Origin: a virus
Taxonomy: Duplodnaviria; Caudoviricetes
Length of the DNA: 64,000 nucleotides
Reading direction: 5' to 3' (one strand)
Virus record (IMG/VR): IMGVR_UViG_3300001528_000699
Span: 35,508-99,507 of that record
Shown: piece by piece, positions 1-8,707 of the stretch
Numbering within the stretch: the stretch's first letter is position 1
Layout: each line of letters begins with the position of its first letter
Notes under the pieces: generated by a model
Told to the model about the DNA's origin: nothing
Database searches by the model: none
Seen by the model: the letters and a program-made list of their open reading frames with translations, nothing else
Translations under genes and position numbers: made by a program

Positions 1-1
1 A

Positions 2-151
2 ATATTCATGGCGATCGCCTCATTTTTCACCTCCGCTCAATGTGTACGTCCCATGTTCTACGAGGAACCCAATTACGATCTATGGTGGATGGCGATAGTG
101 TTCTTTTTATTGGGGTTAGGGTTATGGGTGAACAGGAAAACCAAGTTATAA
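2..151 (+). CDS. Partial small membrane protein (5' end outside window)
   Basis: Open frame IFMAIASFF...LWWMAIVFFLLGLGLWVNRKTKL* ending TAA at 149-151; hydrophobic segments. Confidence 0.55.
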   Translation: MFMAIASFFTSAQCVRPMFYEEPNYDLWWMAIVFFLLGLGLWVNRKTKL

Positions 152-160
152 GATACAGGC

Positions 161-391
161 ATGGAAAAGAGAAATAACATCATGTTTATTCAGGTAGGAG
201 GGTTGAGAGTTAGAGTGTCCTCGATTCTCTCCTATCAGATGGAAGAGTATAAACACATGGAAGATCGCTCTTTGAGATTCGCCATAAAAGTGGTAACTTC
301 ACGGTCCTCTTTCACGGTGAAGGTTAGGAGCGAGGACGAGGGGTTGAAGATACTGGAAGAGTTAGATAACGTTTTGGTGTTAAACAGATAA
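161..391 (+). CDS. Hypothetical phage protein
   Basis: ORF in tight operon with neighbours. Confidence 0.7.
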   Translation: MEKRNNIMFIQVGGLRVRVSSILSYQMEEYKHMEDRSLRFAIKVVTSRSSFTVKVRSEDEGLKILEELDNVLVLNR

Positions 392-403
392 AAATTAGGA
401 ACG

Positions 404-991
404 ATGAAATTGAAAGAGTTCGTGGATAAGGGAGGGGTTGTCGCCCTCAACAACGCGGGAGAATTACAGGAGGTGGTACGGTATTCGGAGAAGGTGGGAT
501 ACCCTGTGGCGAAACAGTATACCTGTAGCGGTAATTACCCGTTCTTTTTCCGGGTACGGGACGGGGTGGTACTGACGAAGGAAGGGGTGAAGGATAACGG
601 GTTGATCATATCAACCAAGGAGTTCACCTCTAACGTGGAGATGGTCCTTCAGGAGGTAAAAGAGAATAAAGGGGAGACTGTGTACGTTAAATGCGGTAAT
701 GAGAAAGAGATGAATGAATGTTCTCTTTACTTCACCAGGATAACGGGATCGCCATCACCCAAACAATGCTATACGGGCGCCATGCCTTACTTTAACCTTC
801 AGAACGGGTACATCTACCCTTCTTATTGCCTGGAAAAAGAGAGCAAGGTGATATCATTCACCGATTTTCGGTGTACCTTCCAACAACCCTCTAACGGCAA
901 GAAGAATTTGGTTGCGGTACTGGACAAGATTGACAGCATCATGAAAGGGCTGTACGAGTTGAAGAAAATGATCGAGCAGGAGGCTCGATAG
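404..991 (+). CDS. Hypothetical protein with an apparent internal two-domain duplication and C-terminal coiled coil
   Basis: Two approx. 75-aa units ending IISTKEF and VISFTDF. Confidence 0.75.
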   Translation: MKLKEFVDKGGVVALNNAGELQEVVRYSEKVGYPVAKQYTCSGNYPFFFRVRDGVVLTKEGVKDNGLIISTKEFTSNVEMVLQEVKENKGETVYVKCGNEKEMNECSLYFTRITGSPSPKQCYTGAMPYFNLQNGYIYPSYCLEKESKVISFTDFRCTFQQPSNGKKNLVAVLDKIDSIMKGLYELKKMIEQEAR

Positions 992-1022
992 ATTAACATA
1001 AACCAATTTAAATTTTAAAAAC

Positions 1023-1304
1023 ATGAAAAGAGAAGAGCTAGAACGGTTAAAAGCGCACATCGAAGGTAACGCTAACTTCATCAGTTTAGGGTACGAGTTC
1101 GCGAAGAACATGATCATCGATCAGGTACTGGAGGAGAAGAGAAACCAGATGCAGAACCAGTACGATTTCTCCCGTTTCAAGGACGTGATCGTTAACAGCG
1201 TGTTGCAACAGGAACTGAAACGTAACCCGCTTGAAGAGGAAGTGAAAGAAGGTCCGTCTATCAAACCGGCTGACAAGGAAGTTAAAGAAGGACCCGCTAA
1301 ATAA
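1023..1304 (+). CDS. Hypothetical protein
   Basis: A-rich leader; duplicated EVKEGP tail. Confidence 0.75.
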   Translation: MKREELERLKAHIEGNANFISLGYEFAKNMIIDQVLEEKRNQMQNQYDFSRFKDVIVNSVLQQELKRNPLEEEVKEGPSIKPADKEVKEGPAK

Positions 1305-1323
1305 AGGAAAGGGAGGATAGATC

Positions 1324-1746
1324 ATGTATTACGAGGTTAAGGTCAAGTTCCCGGAAGTGAACGATGTGGGCGAGGTGAAGGAGGTTAACCGTTCCTTCCT
1401 CATTGACGCGATGAGCTTCACGGAAGCGGAAACGAGAATGATCGAGGTGGCACGCGATAGAGATTTCAACGATCTCACCATCAAGGCGATCACCTATTCC
1501 AGGATCAACAAGGTGATAAACGAGGTAGAAGGTGATGACAAGAAATTCTTCAACGTCACCGTCACTTACATCGAGGAAACGGATGAGGGTAAGAAGAAGA
1601 ATTACCACCTCTATTACCTGGTGAGAGCCGGGGTTCCGGAAGAAACCGTCCCCTTTATCGATCAGGATTGGGCAGGTTCAACCATCGAGTGGAAGGTAAC
1701 CCAGATCAAGGAATCACCTATCGTGGAGGTGATCGAGCACGAATGA
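1324..1746 (+). CDS. DUF4494-like Bacteroidota protein
   Basis: FLIDAMSFTEAETRMIE motif and two-repeat structure typical of DUF4494. Confidence 0.75.
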   Translation: MYYEVKVKFPEVNDVGEVKEVNRSFLIDAMSFTEAETRMIEVARDRDFNDLTIKAITYSRINKVINEVEGDDKKFFNVTVTYIEETDEGKKKNYHLYYLVRAGVPEETVPFIDQDWAGSTIEWKVTQIKESPIVEVIEHE

Positions 1747-1788
1747 TAAATTAAACCACTATTCTTTTTTAATTCATAATTACATTTG

Positions 1789-1822
1789 ATAGAGGGTTGG
1801 GGTGATCCCGCCCTCTATTTTT
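1789..1822 (+). terminator. Intrinsic terminator
   Basis: ATAGAGGG...CCCTCTAT stem followed by T-run. Confidence 0.75.
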
Positions 1823-1834
1823 ATTCCTTGATAT

Positions 1835-1865
1835 TTTGTGAATACATAAATAAAGTGTATATTTA
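1835..1865 (+). promoter_or_regulatory. Bacteroidota-type promoter (variant -7 box)
   Basis: TTTG-N19-TATATTTA. Confidence 0.65.
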
Positions 1866-1867
1866 CA

Positions 1868-1960
1868 TCGACAATGTTTGGTATTCATAAAATGTGTAGA
1901 TTTAGTGACCTGTCGAGATGATAGATAGCGAGAAAGGGAGATGGAAAATTCTCCCTTTTT
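1868..1960 (+). ncRNA. Candidate approx. 90-nt small RNA
   Basis: Bounded by promoter and terminator AAAGGGAGA...TCTCCCTTT-TT (1933-1960); no substantial ORF; internal hairpin CTGTC-GAGAT-GATAG. Confidence 0.45.
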
Positions 1961-1962
1961 AT

Positions 1963-1993
1963 TTTGAAAATAAACAATATGTCCTTATCTTTA
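1963..1993 (+). promoter_or_regulatory. Bacteroidota-type promoter (variant -7 box)
   Basis: TTTG-N19-TATCTTTA. Confidence 0.7.
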
Positions 1994-1996
1994 CAA

Positions 1997-2114
1997 TCAT
2001 GTAAAGAACAATTAACTCAGTCCCGGTGTCGCGGGTTCTGGTCCTTTTTTAATTCACACGCTAATAACACATCTCCGCGTTTTCAATTCTTCTCCCGCGA
2101 CACCATTCTTTTTC
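1997..2114 (+). ncRNA. Candidate approx. 115-nt small RNA
   Basis: Perfect 11-bp stem GGTGTCGCGGG (2025-2035) / CCCGCGACACC (2094-2104) around a 58-nt pyrimidine-rich loop, then T-run; promoter upstream. Confidence 0.5.
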
Positions 2115-2122
2115 ACCTTCAT

Positions 2123-2153
2123 TTTGATAATCGATCATTTTTCATTACCTTTC
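2123..2153 (+). promoter_or_regulatory. Promoter for lysin/head-fibre operon
   Basis: TTTG-N19-TACCTTTC. Confidence 0.55.
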
Positions 2154-2178
2154 CATCGAAAATGTAAAAAGAAACGTC

Positions 2179-2655
2179 ATGGAATCTAATGAATTAAGAA
2201 ACTTGATCGAGGAAGTACTGGGTAAACTCGCCACCCTTCCATCTTACCCTACCATAAATCGAAAAGAAGCGGTGGAGTTGTTGATGGGTACGTGCGCACA
2301 AGAAAGCCATCTCGGAAAGTATCGGAAACAGATAGGGGGCGGTCCGGCTCTAGGTATTTACCAGATGGAACCGGCAACTTTCGATGACATAGTGAAAAAT
2401 TACCTATCCTCGAAACCTGTTCTGAAAGAGAAAATAATGGAGGTGAGCGGGGTGACGGAACTTAACTCGAAAGACCTCGTTAACAATGATCGTTTATCCA
2501 CCTGCATGGCGAGGGTTCATTATTTAAGAGTGAGGGAGGGGATCCCCTCTAGCTTAGATGGACAGGCTCGTTATTACAAGAAATATTACAATACCTATTT
2601 AGGTGCCGCAACGGAAGAAGAATATAAGTCTAATTATAAAAAACTGGTGATATGA
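2179..2655 (+). CDS. Lysozyme-like/transglycosylase-fold protein, probable endolysin
   Basis: AQES catalytic-Glu motif, GIYQMEPAT motif, YYKKYYNT. Confidence 0.7.
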   Translation: MESNELRNLIEEVLGKLATLPSYPTINRKEAVELLMGTCAQESHLGKYRKQIGGGPALGIYQMEPATFDDIVKNYLSSKPVLKEKIMEVSGVTELNSKDLVNNDRLSTCMARVHYLRVREGIPSSLDGQARYYKKYYNTYLGAATEEEYKSNYKKLVI

Positions 2656-2864
2656 AATATTTAATCGATTTTCTTAAAAGTGAAGGTTTTCTCTGTTTAC
2701 TGATCACCTTCCTTGTTTGCGCTTTCCTGGGTGCCTGGACCGGCTTGGTCGCGACCCTTATCATGTGGATCTGTAACATGGGGTACACCGCCCGTTTCTC
2801 TCTCTATAACGCCATAGGGTTCGGTTGCGGGTACGCTTTATCCTTGTTTCAAAAATTAATCTAA
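2652..2864 (+). CDS. Small multi-TM membrane protein, possible holin
   Basis: 70 aa, 2-3 hydrophobic helices, ATGA overlap with the lysin-like gene. Confidence 0.55.
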   Translation: MKYLIDFLKSEGFLCLLITFLVCAFLGAWTGLVATLIMWICNMGYTARFSLYNAIGFGCGYALSLFQKLI

Positions 2865-2876
2865 AATTTAAACGAT

Positions 2877-3173
2877 ATGGCTAGATACGATATTTCAACC
2901 CCGCGTTCGGGGAACGTTTCGGGAATCGGCGGCATTCACTCTTTCGCCGTTTCATTCCTCGTTAAGAAAAGTGGAACGGTTAAGGCGAGCGATCTCGGTT
3001 TACCCTTCTTTTACATCGCGCCGCTTCAGGAAGGCGAGGTAACGATCATTCCTTTAAACGGTAATGATAAGATCACCCTACCCTCCGATTTCATGAAGAA
3101 TAACGTTGGAGGGTTCCTACCCATCCAGGTGAAAGAGGTGACGTCAGCTAACGATTTAATCCTTGGCTTATGA
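2877..3173 (+). CDS. Putative head-spike base protein (RcGTA Rcc01079-like)
   Basis: 98-aa beta-rich protein with C-terminal GGFLPIQVKEV; next gene starts IGIGFGIG. Confidence 0.45.
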   Translation: MARYDISTPRSGNVSGIGGIHSFAVSFLVKKSGTVKASDLGLPFFYIAPLQEGEVTIIPLNGNDKITLPSDFMKNNVGGFLPIQVKEVTSANDLILGL

Positions 3174-3325
3174 CATCGATTGGTATAGGGTTCGGTATAG
3201 GTCTTCAAGGTAGGGGTGCCGTTGGAGGGAAAGAACCGGACCAACAGGTTCTCCTCTTGGAGGATTCTTCAGATTTCCTCCTTGAAGATAATGAAGTTAT
3301 ATTACTTGAAATTCAAAACGAATAA
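3170..3325 (+). CDS. 51-aa adaptor peptide (not in ORF track)
   Basis: MTSIGIGFGIGLQGRG...VLLLEDSSDFLLEDNEVILLEIQNE*; ATGA overlap upstream, 5 nt before next ATG. Confidence 0.75.
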   Translation: MTSIGIGFGIGLQGRGAVGGKEPDQQVLLLEDSSDFLLEDNEVILLEIQNE

Positions 3326-3330
3326 GCAAA

Positions 3331-4599
3331 ATGGCAGGAAAGAAAATATCAGAGCTACAGGCTCTAACTGAAATAACGGGTCAGGAGATGATCCCGGTGG
3401 CGAGGGACGGTCAGAACTATTCCGTTCTCTCTTCCCTTCTCCAGGGCGGGGACGCCACCAAGTTGAACGATTACATGTATGACGTGTCGGAATTGATGGG
3501 AAAGATGGCGGTGAGGGGAACTCAAGGAAGAGCCCAAGTAGTTCCTGATGGAGATGGTTCGGGTGCATACAATGTTGATGGCACGATAGGAGAATCTAAT
3601 TTAGCCCATGCAACGAGATACGCCAAACCAAACCACGTTTATTATTTTGATATATCGTACTCACCCATTTCACCGAAACCAGAATCAGCACTTCTACTTT
3701 TGTTTGATAAAGATGATAAAATACTGAAAGCTATCCCGGCAACGGAAGCTCCGATTAAATCTTATCTCTGTTTCACATCCGAGGTTTATAAATACGGAGT
3801 TTCGTACTCGTTGTTTCCCGGTACATCATCCGATTTTACCAAAGAGTACGAAATCCAGGACATTAACGATATTATATCCAATATAAACACCAATATCGAA
3901 ACGAACACCACTTCCATCTCCTCTATCAAGAGTGACATCAATACCTCCCAAGGCAACCGTGCCTTGTACGTCGCCGCGGGAGCGGTCTACAACGAGCAAA
4001 CGGGCTTCTACGAGTTGAACGGGCTGACGGATATTACCGAAGAGCAGATGAGAGAGATTTACACGGATTGTTGCTCGAATGTTCAGGTAGCTTCGCTTCA
4101 AGAAAGGTATTCTTATTCTCAAATGCGAACGAATTTCAGATTCAAAGATAATTACGGGGGTTGGGTTGGTGGATTCAACGTTCAAAACATGTGCTACGGC
4201 TGCACCTCGTTGGAGGTATTCGCGGTATCTAGCAGTTCAAATTTTCTGTATGTGGTTAATTGTGCCCGGATGTTCTTAAATTGTTCAAGATTAAGGGCAA
4301 TACTGGGTGGTCTTAAATTTAATCCAACGATTACGAATTATACCTTAATGTTCGGTGGCTGCGCCTTGCTTGAAAAGGTTAAATGTAACGGTATTGTTGC
4401 AAGCATTTCGTTCTCCGATTCACCCCTTCTCAGCCTTGAATCCTTGCAATACCTGATCACTAACGCGGCTAACACCTCGGCCATCACGGTTACCGTTCAC
4501 GCTGACGTTTACGCGAAGATTCAGGATGAATCACAGGCAGACTGGCACGCGTTGATCGCGTCAGCACAAGAGAAACAGATAACATTCGCGACCGCTTAA
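3331..4599 (+). CDS. Fibre/receptor-binding protein with BspA/DUF285-like repeat C-terminus
   Basis: KKISEL fibre-type N-terminus, short coiled coil, MCYGCTSL / MFLNCSRL / MFGGCALL repeats. Confidence 0.7.
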   Translation: MAGKKISELQALTEITGQEMIPVARDGQNYSVLSSLLQGGDATKLNDYMYDVSELMGKMAVRGTQGRAQVVPDGDGSGAYNVDGTIGESNLAHATRYAKPNHVYYFDISYSPISPKPESALLLLFDKDDKILKAIPATEAPIKSYLCFTSEVYKYGVSYSLFPGTSSDFTKEYEIQDINDIISNINTNIETNTTSISSIKSDINTSQGNRALYVAAGAVYNEQTGFYELNGLTDITEEQMREIYTDCCSNVQVASLQERYSYSQMRTNFRFKDNYGGWVGGFNVQNMCYGCTSLEVFAVSSSSNFLYVVNCARMFLNCSRLRAILGGLKFNPTITNYTLMFGGCALLEKVKCNGIVASISFSDSPLLSLESLQYLITNAANTSAITVTVHADVYAKIQDESQADWHALIASAQEKQITFATA

Positions 4600-4611
4600 A
4601 ATAATGAAATT

Positions 4612-4935
4612 ATGATACAAGTTACAAGCAAAGAAGTTTACAGCGATTCCGACAAGTACGTGCATAGGCTTGGGACGGAATCTTATTTCAAGAGATCAAC
4701 CTTGCTACCGGGTGACACGGTGGATAAATTCGAGGAAGTTGACGCCGTTCCCGAACAGCCATCGTTTGATTACAACGAGGAAGTGAACAACATGATCCGT
4801 CAAAGATACTCGCTATCGGAAGAACTCGCGATTCTACGGCAAAGGGATACTAAACCGGAAGAGTTCGCCGCTTACAACGAGTACGCGGAGGAGTGCAAGG
4901 CGAAGGTGAAAGCGATGATGAGTGCCCAATCTTAA
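4612..4935 (+). CDS. Putative fibre assembly chaperone
   Basis: IRQRYSLSEELAILRQ...YNEYAEECKAK motif directly after a fibre gene. Confidence 0.55.
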   Translation: MIQVTSKEVYSDSDKYVHRLGTESYFKRSTLLPGDTVDKFEEVDAVPEQPSFDYNEEVNNMIRQRYSLSEELAILRQRDTKPEEFAAYNEYAEECKAKVKAMMSAQS

Positions 4936-4947
4936 AAACTAGGAACC

Positions 4948-5388
4948 ATGAAAATTTATTATAATTCCAAGCTGGCCAAAATATTGACTTTCCTTCCTCA
5001 TTTCTCTACCATGATGTTTTTCGGGTGCGTGATAACGGAAGGTAAATGGTTGAGCAAGAAAACGATAGCTCATGAAGGATGTCACGCTCTTCAATACAGG
5101 GACGTGACACGGATCGGACTACCCTTATCTGTTATCATCTTTTTCGTGACGCTCGCCTTCATGGAGATAGATTGGTGGATGTTATCGTACATCCTGGTAG
5201 GACCCCTTCTCTATTACATCATCTATTTGGTTGAATGGCTCGTCCTTCTATTCGTTATGGGACCGCATGGAGCTTACCGGAATATCGGTTTCGAGAGGCA
5301 GGCGAGATGGGTTGCCTCTACCTACAACAAACCGGAAAATGAGAAGAATAAATATAAATTCCTCGGTTGGTGGGGGAAGATGAAGTGA
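4948..5388 (+). CDS. Membrane protein with HExxH zincin-like motif
   Basis: AHEGCHALQY, two TM helices, FERQA. Confidence 0.65.
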   Translation: MKIYYNSKLAKILTFLPHFSTMMFFGCVITEGKWLSKKTIAHEGCHALQYRDVTRIGLPLSVIIFFVTLAFMEIDWWMLSYILVGPLLYYIIYLVEWLVLLFVMGPHGAYRNIGFERQARWVASTYNKPENEKNKYKFLGWWGKMK

Positions 5389-5415
5389 AACGGTTGCTTT
5401 TCGTTTTTCATTGTT

Positions 5416-5802
5416 TTAGTTGTTTGTTTTACCGGGATTTGACGGGTTCATTTCCCGGTTTTTCATCTTCAAATGCCAAGATAGAAGATCGTTATCGTTT
5501 ATCCATATGTTGAAGGTAGAGGTTCTCATCATCTTTCCTTCCTCGTCTATCACCTTGATGAAGAAAGAGCCGGAGAAGGAAACGGTTTCAACCTCGACGA
5601 ATTTGACGCATTTTAGAGTTCGATTACTCGCCGTTACATGGAAGGATGGATAAACGCTTTCGATTTCCCTTATTCTCGCGTTTAAACAAGTCTTTAACGC
5701 CTCTTTCACCTCTTCTGAAGGTCTGTAAAGGGATCCTCTTTTGGTGAAACGGCATAGAGTGGCGATCTCGCTCATCTTTTCTTGAAATTCTTTATCATTC
5801 AT
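5416..5802 (-). CDS. Hypothetical protein
   Basis: ORF; start placed at the ATG directly after the upstream stop. Confidence 0.65.
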   Translation of the reverse strand: MNDKEFQEKMSEIATLCRFTKRGSLYRPSEEVKEALKTCLNARIREIESVYPSFHVTASNRTLKCVKFVEVETVSFSGSFFIKVIDEEGKMMRTSTFNIWINDNDLLSWHLKMKNREMNPSNPGKTNN

Positions 5803-5803
5803 A

Positions 5804-6628
5804 CTAGTAAGTTTGCACGAGTTCATCTTTCAATTCAACGTTCAATAATTCATGGAGGAACTTCCTACCTTTCTCGGTCCAAACGGTTATGGTCTTGCTC
5901 CAAGTACCACCGCTATTGTTCTCCCCGGTAGATGTACGGGTCTTCGTGTACCCTTTATCGCAATAAGGGGCGGTTAGCATCCATGAACCGGATTGGGAGA
6001 ACATCACTTTCATATCTTTTAACCTCTGGTGAAGGGTAACGGCGGATCTCATCCCCAATTCTTTCGCGATCTGGGTGGTGGTGTAGGTGGTCGGAGCGTT
6101 CAGGGTTGATTTAACGTATTTCACGTCCGGTGCCTGCTCGATCAGCTTACCCATCATGTTATGATTTTCTCTCGTTTTCTCCTCTAGTAATTTCTGTTGT
6201 TTCTCGTTTTCTGCTTGTAACCTCTCCTTTTCCTCTTCCGCCTCTATCACCATCATCGCGAGTTCTTTTCTTGACAGGGTGTTGTTAACGGATTTGTGAA
6301 ATACCTGCCTGTACACCTCGAACACGGCTCTTACTTTTCTAGCTACAAGAAATTCAAGACAGGAAACAGATATATGATATTCGTTTGATGGTCTTCCTCC
6401 TAGAGGGTTTTCCCAGTTTTTGAGGAAAACTTGATAATCAACACCTTCCATAAACTTTTCAGATAAATCTCTAACAGCATGATCCTTTCTATTATAGGCT
6501 AGTGGCCATACATCATCAAGATTTACCGGGAACTCCTCGTTCATTTTTGATAACTTTAAAATTGAATTGAAATAATCTCTTATCTCATTCTCTCCACTTT
6601 CTTTTGATAAAATTAATTTCGTTGTCAT
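5804..6628 (-). CDS. Phage antirepressor (AntA/AntB-type N-terminus, KilAC C-terminus)
   Basis: FPVNLDDVW...FMEGVDYQ...GGRPSNEY; TTTQIAKELG...TVWTEKGRKFL. Confidence 0.85.
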   Translation of the reverse strand: MTTKLILSKESGENEIRDYFNSILKLSKMNEEFPVNLDDVWPLAYNRKDHAVRDLSEKFMEGVDYQVFLKNWENPLGGRPSNEYHISVSCLEFLVARKVRAVFEVYRQVFHKSVNNTLSRKELAMMVIEAEEEKERLQAENEKQQKLLEEKTRENHNMMGKLIEQAPDVKYVKSTLNAPTTYTTTQIAKELGMRSAVTLHQRLKDMKVMFSQSGSWMLTAPYCDKGYTKTRTSTGENNSGGTWSKTITVWTEKGRKFLHELLNVELKDELVQTY

Positions 6629-6661
6629 ATCTTCTTATTTTTAAATTTTCAGGCATAGGAA

Positions 6662-6789
6662 AAGCGACTGCCATATTGCGCTTGCTAACAGATCTAGAAT
6701 AGAGATCTTCGCAATAGGCGGTCGCTTGTATTTTAATGTTGGGATACTCAAACCACTATCTAAAACTCTATTCCATGTTATCTGTTAGC
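6662..6789 (-). promoter_or_regulatory. Structured 5' leader with interleaved complementary blocks (A-B-A'-B')
   Basis: A 6766-6789 pairs with A' 6684-6704 (approx. 20 bp); B 6710-6727 pairs with B' 6662-6680 (approx. 17 bp). Confidence 0.7.
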
Positions 6790-6793
6790 GATG

Positions 6794-6824
6794 TAAAGGT
6801 AAAAACAATTTTTGAATAAACAAA
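6794..6824 (-). promoter_or_regulatory. Promoter of antirepressor gene
   Basis: TTTG-N19-TACCTTTA on minus strand. Confidence 0.7.
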
Positions 6825-6846
6825 ATTTATCATCACTATTTTCAAA

Positions 6847-7002
6847 TTAAATTTTTACCGTTTTATTCTTTCCGCATCTCTCGCAATAATACACCTCGAT
6901 CGTGTAGCGTAATTTCCCGTTCACGAAACACTTTTGCACCTCACAAAGCCTGTAATCATGTTTACAGAATAATCTCTTGAGGAATAATCTTATTCTTCCC
7001 AT
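6847..7002 (-). CDS. 51-aa Zn-ribbon phage protein (DUF1660-like; not in ORF track)
   Basis: MGRIRLFLKRLFCKHDY...YCERCGKNKTVKI*. Confidence 0.7.
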   Translation of the reverse strand: MGRIRLFLKRLFCKHDYRLCEVQKCFVNGKLRYTIEVYYCERCGKNKTVKI

Positions 7003-7364
7003 TCTACCGGAACTGTGACGATGTAATTTTCCGGATCACCAATATTCCTTTTTGCTTCTTCTTCGGTTGCGTATGGGTTTAGACCTCCGAATGATCTAAC
7101 GTGACTACCAGAATACTCACTGTACACGTTTACCCACACCTTTCTTTTCTCGCCAATCATCATGAGATCCAAATCATGATTCCCTTCTCTTCCATCGAGA
7201 TTATAAAACAACGCCGCTTCCTGTTTCTCGCTCAGTTTAACCAACGCTATTATCGGGGTGTTTTCAAGCGAAATAAAATCATAACACAATATTCTAACCG
7301 GCCTACCATCCCTCGTGCAAACAGGTTTGCCTTGTTTCGCGAGTTCAATATCAAATTTCTTCAT
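6990..7364 (-). CDS. Conserved hypothetical phage protein
   Basis: FDIELAKQGKPVCTRDGRPVRILCYD motif common in Bacteroidota phages. Confidence 0.8.
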   Translation of the reverse strand: MKKFDIELAKQGKPVCTRDGRPVRILCYDFISLENTPIIALVKLSEKQEAALFYNLDGREGNHDLDLMMIGEKRKVWVNVYSEYSGSHVRSFGGLNPYATEEEAKRNIGDPENYIVTVPVEWEE

Positions 7365-7376
7365 CTTCCTTTATTT

Positions 7377-8153
7377 TTATTGTTTATAGTTATTATCTTG
7401 ATCAACCACGTCAAACACTCTCGCCAGGAAATCTAACCCTCTCTGGGTTACCAGAACTTTCAAAACGGTGAACCCGTCGTAGTAGGAGCGATCGATCCAT
7501 TTCTCCTTCATAACGAAGTAACCCCGATCCACGTATTCTTGCTTGGGTTCATTTCGACTGGCGAAGAAGATACCTCTATCTCTCAATTCCTGGAAAAGGG
7601 TGTTCCTACCGAAAGGTAATTGGAGCAGCTTGGCGGCTTGACCTATATCGACGAGCTCGTCAGAATCCATCACCTTCTCCATGAGTTGAGCTTTAGGTTT
7701 CAAAACCTTGTTTTCCTCTTCCAGCTTCATTCTCGCCTCCCTTTCCTCCTTTAATTTCTTAGCTAACCCTATAACCAGATCAGGGTTGAGAATGATCTCT
7801 TCTAGCTTTTCGGGTGTTGCTGTCATGCCGTATTTTAGTAATTCTTTCATCCTATCATTACACCAAATGGCGAAAGCGGGTGATAGCCATCTCGCGAACT
7901 CCATCGCTACATCTTCATGAAGCCACGTACCTGAATTATTACCACCTTTTGTAACTTGCACTAAATCAGCCAAAGGGATTTTTCTCCCTTTGCTTAAAAC
8001 ATTTAAAAACTCTTTTGTTTGATCTGTTTTAAGCCAATCTTTCGTAACTTTACCGAAAGGTTTCGCCATCTCGGTGGCGTTTACCATCAATCCGTTCTCA
8101 TCACTCGCGAAAGTGATATCAGTTCCGTTATAATTAAAAATTTTATTTTCCAT
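7377..8153 (-). CDS. KilA-N + KilAC antirepressor
   Basis: MVNATEMAKPFGK...GTWLHEDVAMEFARWLSP (KilA-N); GRNTLFQELR...VTQRG (KilAC); start moved to MENKIF. Confidence 0.9.
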   Translation of the reverse strand: MENKIFNYNGTDITFASDENGLMVNATEMAKPFGKVTKDWLKTDQTKEFLNVLSKGRKIPLADLVQVTKGGNNSGTWLHEDVAMEFARWLSPAFAIWCNDRMKELLKYGMTATPEKLEEIILNPDLVIGLAKKLKEEREARMKLEEENKVLKPKAQLMEKVMDSDELVDIGQAAKLLQLPFGRNTLFQELRDRGIFFASRNEPKQEYVDRGYFVMKEKWIDRSYYDGFTVLKVLVTQRGLDFLARVFDVVDQDNNYKQ

Positions 8154-8175
8154 GTTTATACCCGTTATAATCGAT

Positions 8176-8685
8176 TTATTTTTCTTTCTTGAGCAAATAT
8201 ATCGAGGTGTAGTTTTCTCTCGGTCCACTCTTTTCCATCGCTTTTAAAATCTTGCTTAGGGCCAGTTTTCCATCCTTGTCATCGATAACGAGAACGTCTT
8301 TCTTGGTCATGTAATAGTTACATGTATCAACTGACTGGCTGCCGTAGGTTTCGTTATTGAAGATGAACTTTCCTTTCCCGTTAAACACGCCGACCTCGAC
8401 CCATTTATCCCTGTTCCACTTGAAATCGGTGGTCAGAACCGCCTTCCATTCCCCTCTCGGGGTGGCGATAAGTTTGAGGGTGGCCGAGATAGCCGATTCC
8501 TTGTAGGTGAACGTGCTATCCCGATTGTTCACGTCATACGCTCCTATATAGAGATGCTGGTAGGAGCCTTCATCGACCTTGTACTTGCCCTTGCACTCGT
8601 ACCATTCATTATACATGCTCGAACCCATTGAAATGAAGGATGCGATTCCTAGCACGACAACTAATATCCAAATTAACGCTTTCAT
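8176..8685 (-). CDS. N-terminally anchored envelope protein, paralog of 8708-9193
   Basis: N-terminal hydrophobic helix; shares G.(F/L).GKG.FI, DTC.Y and Y..IY.LKK with neighbour. Confidence 0.75.
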   Translation of the reverse strand: MKALIWILVVVLGIASFISMGSSMYNEWYECKGKYKVDEGSYQHLYIGAYDVNNRDSTFTYKESAISATLKLIATPRGEWKAVLTTDFKWNRDKWVEVGVFNGKGKFIFNNETYGSQSVDTCNYYMTKKDVLVIDDKDGKLALSKILKAMEKSGPRENYTSIYLLKKEK

Positions 8686-8707
8686 GATCTTTGTTTTTAG
8701 AGATTCG

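Noticed and set aside
1964-2167. 67-aa ORF in the track
   Set aside because: TTG start inside a promoter -33 box; overlaps two promoters and a stem-loop
3331-4599. Diversity-generating retroelement target
   Set aside because: No reverse transcriptase or template repeat visible in this window
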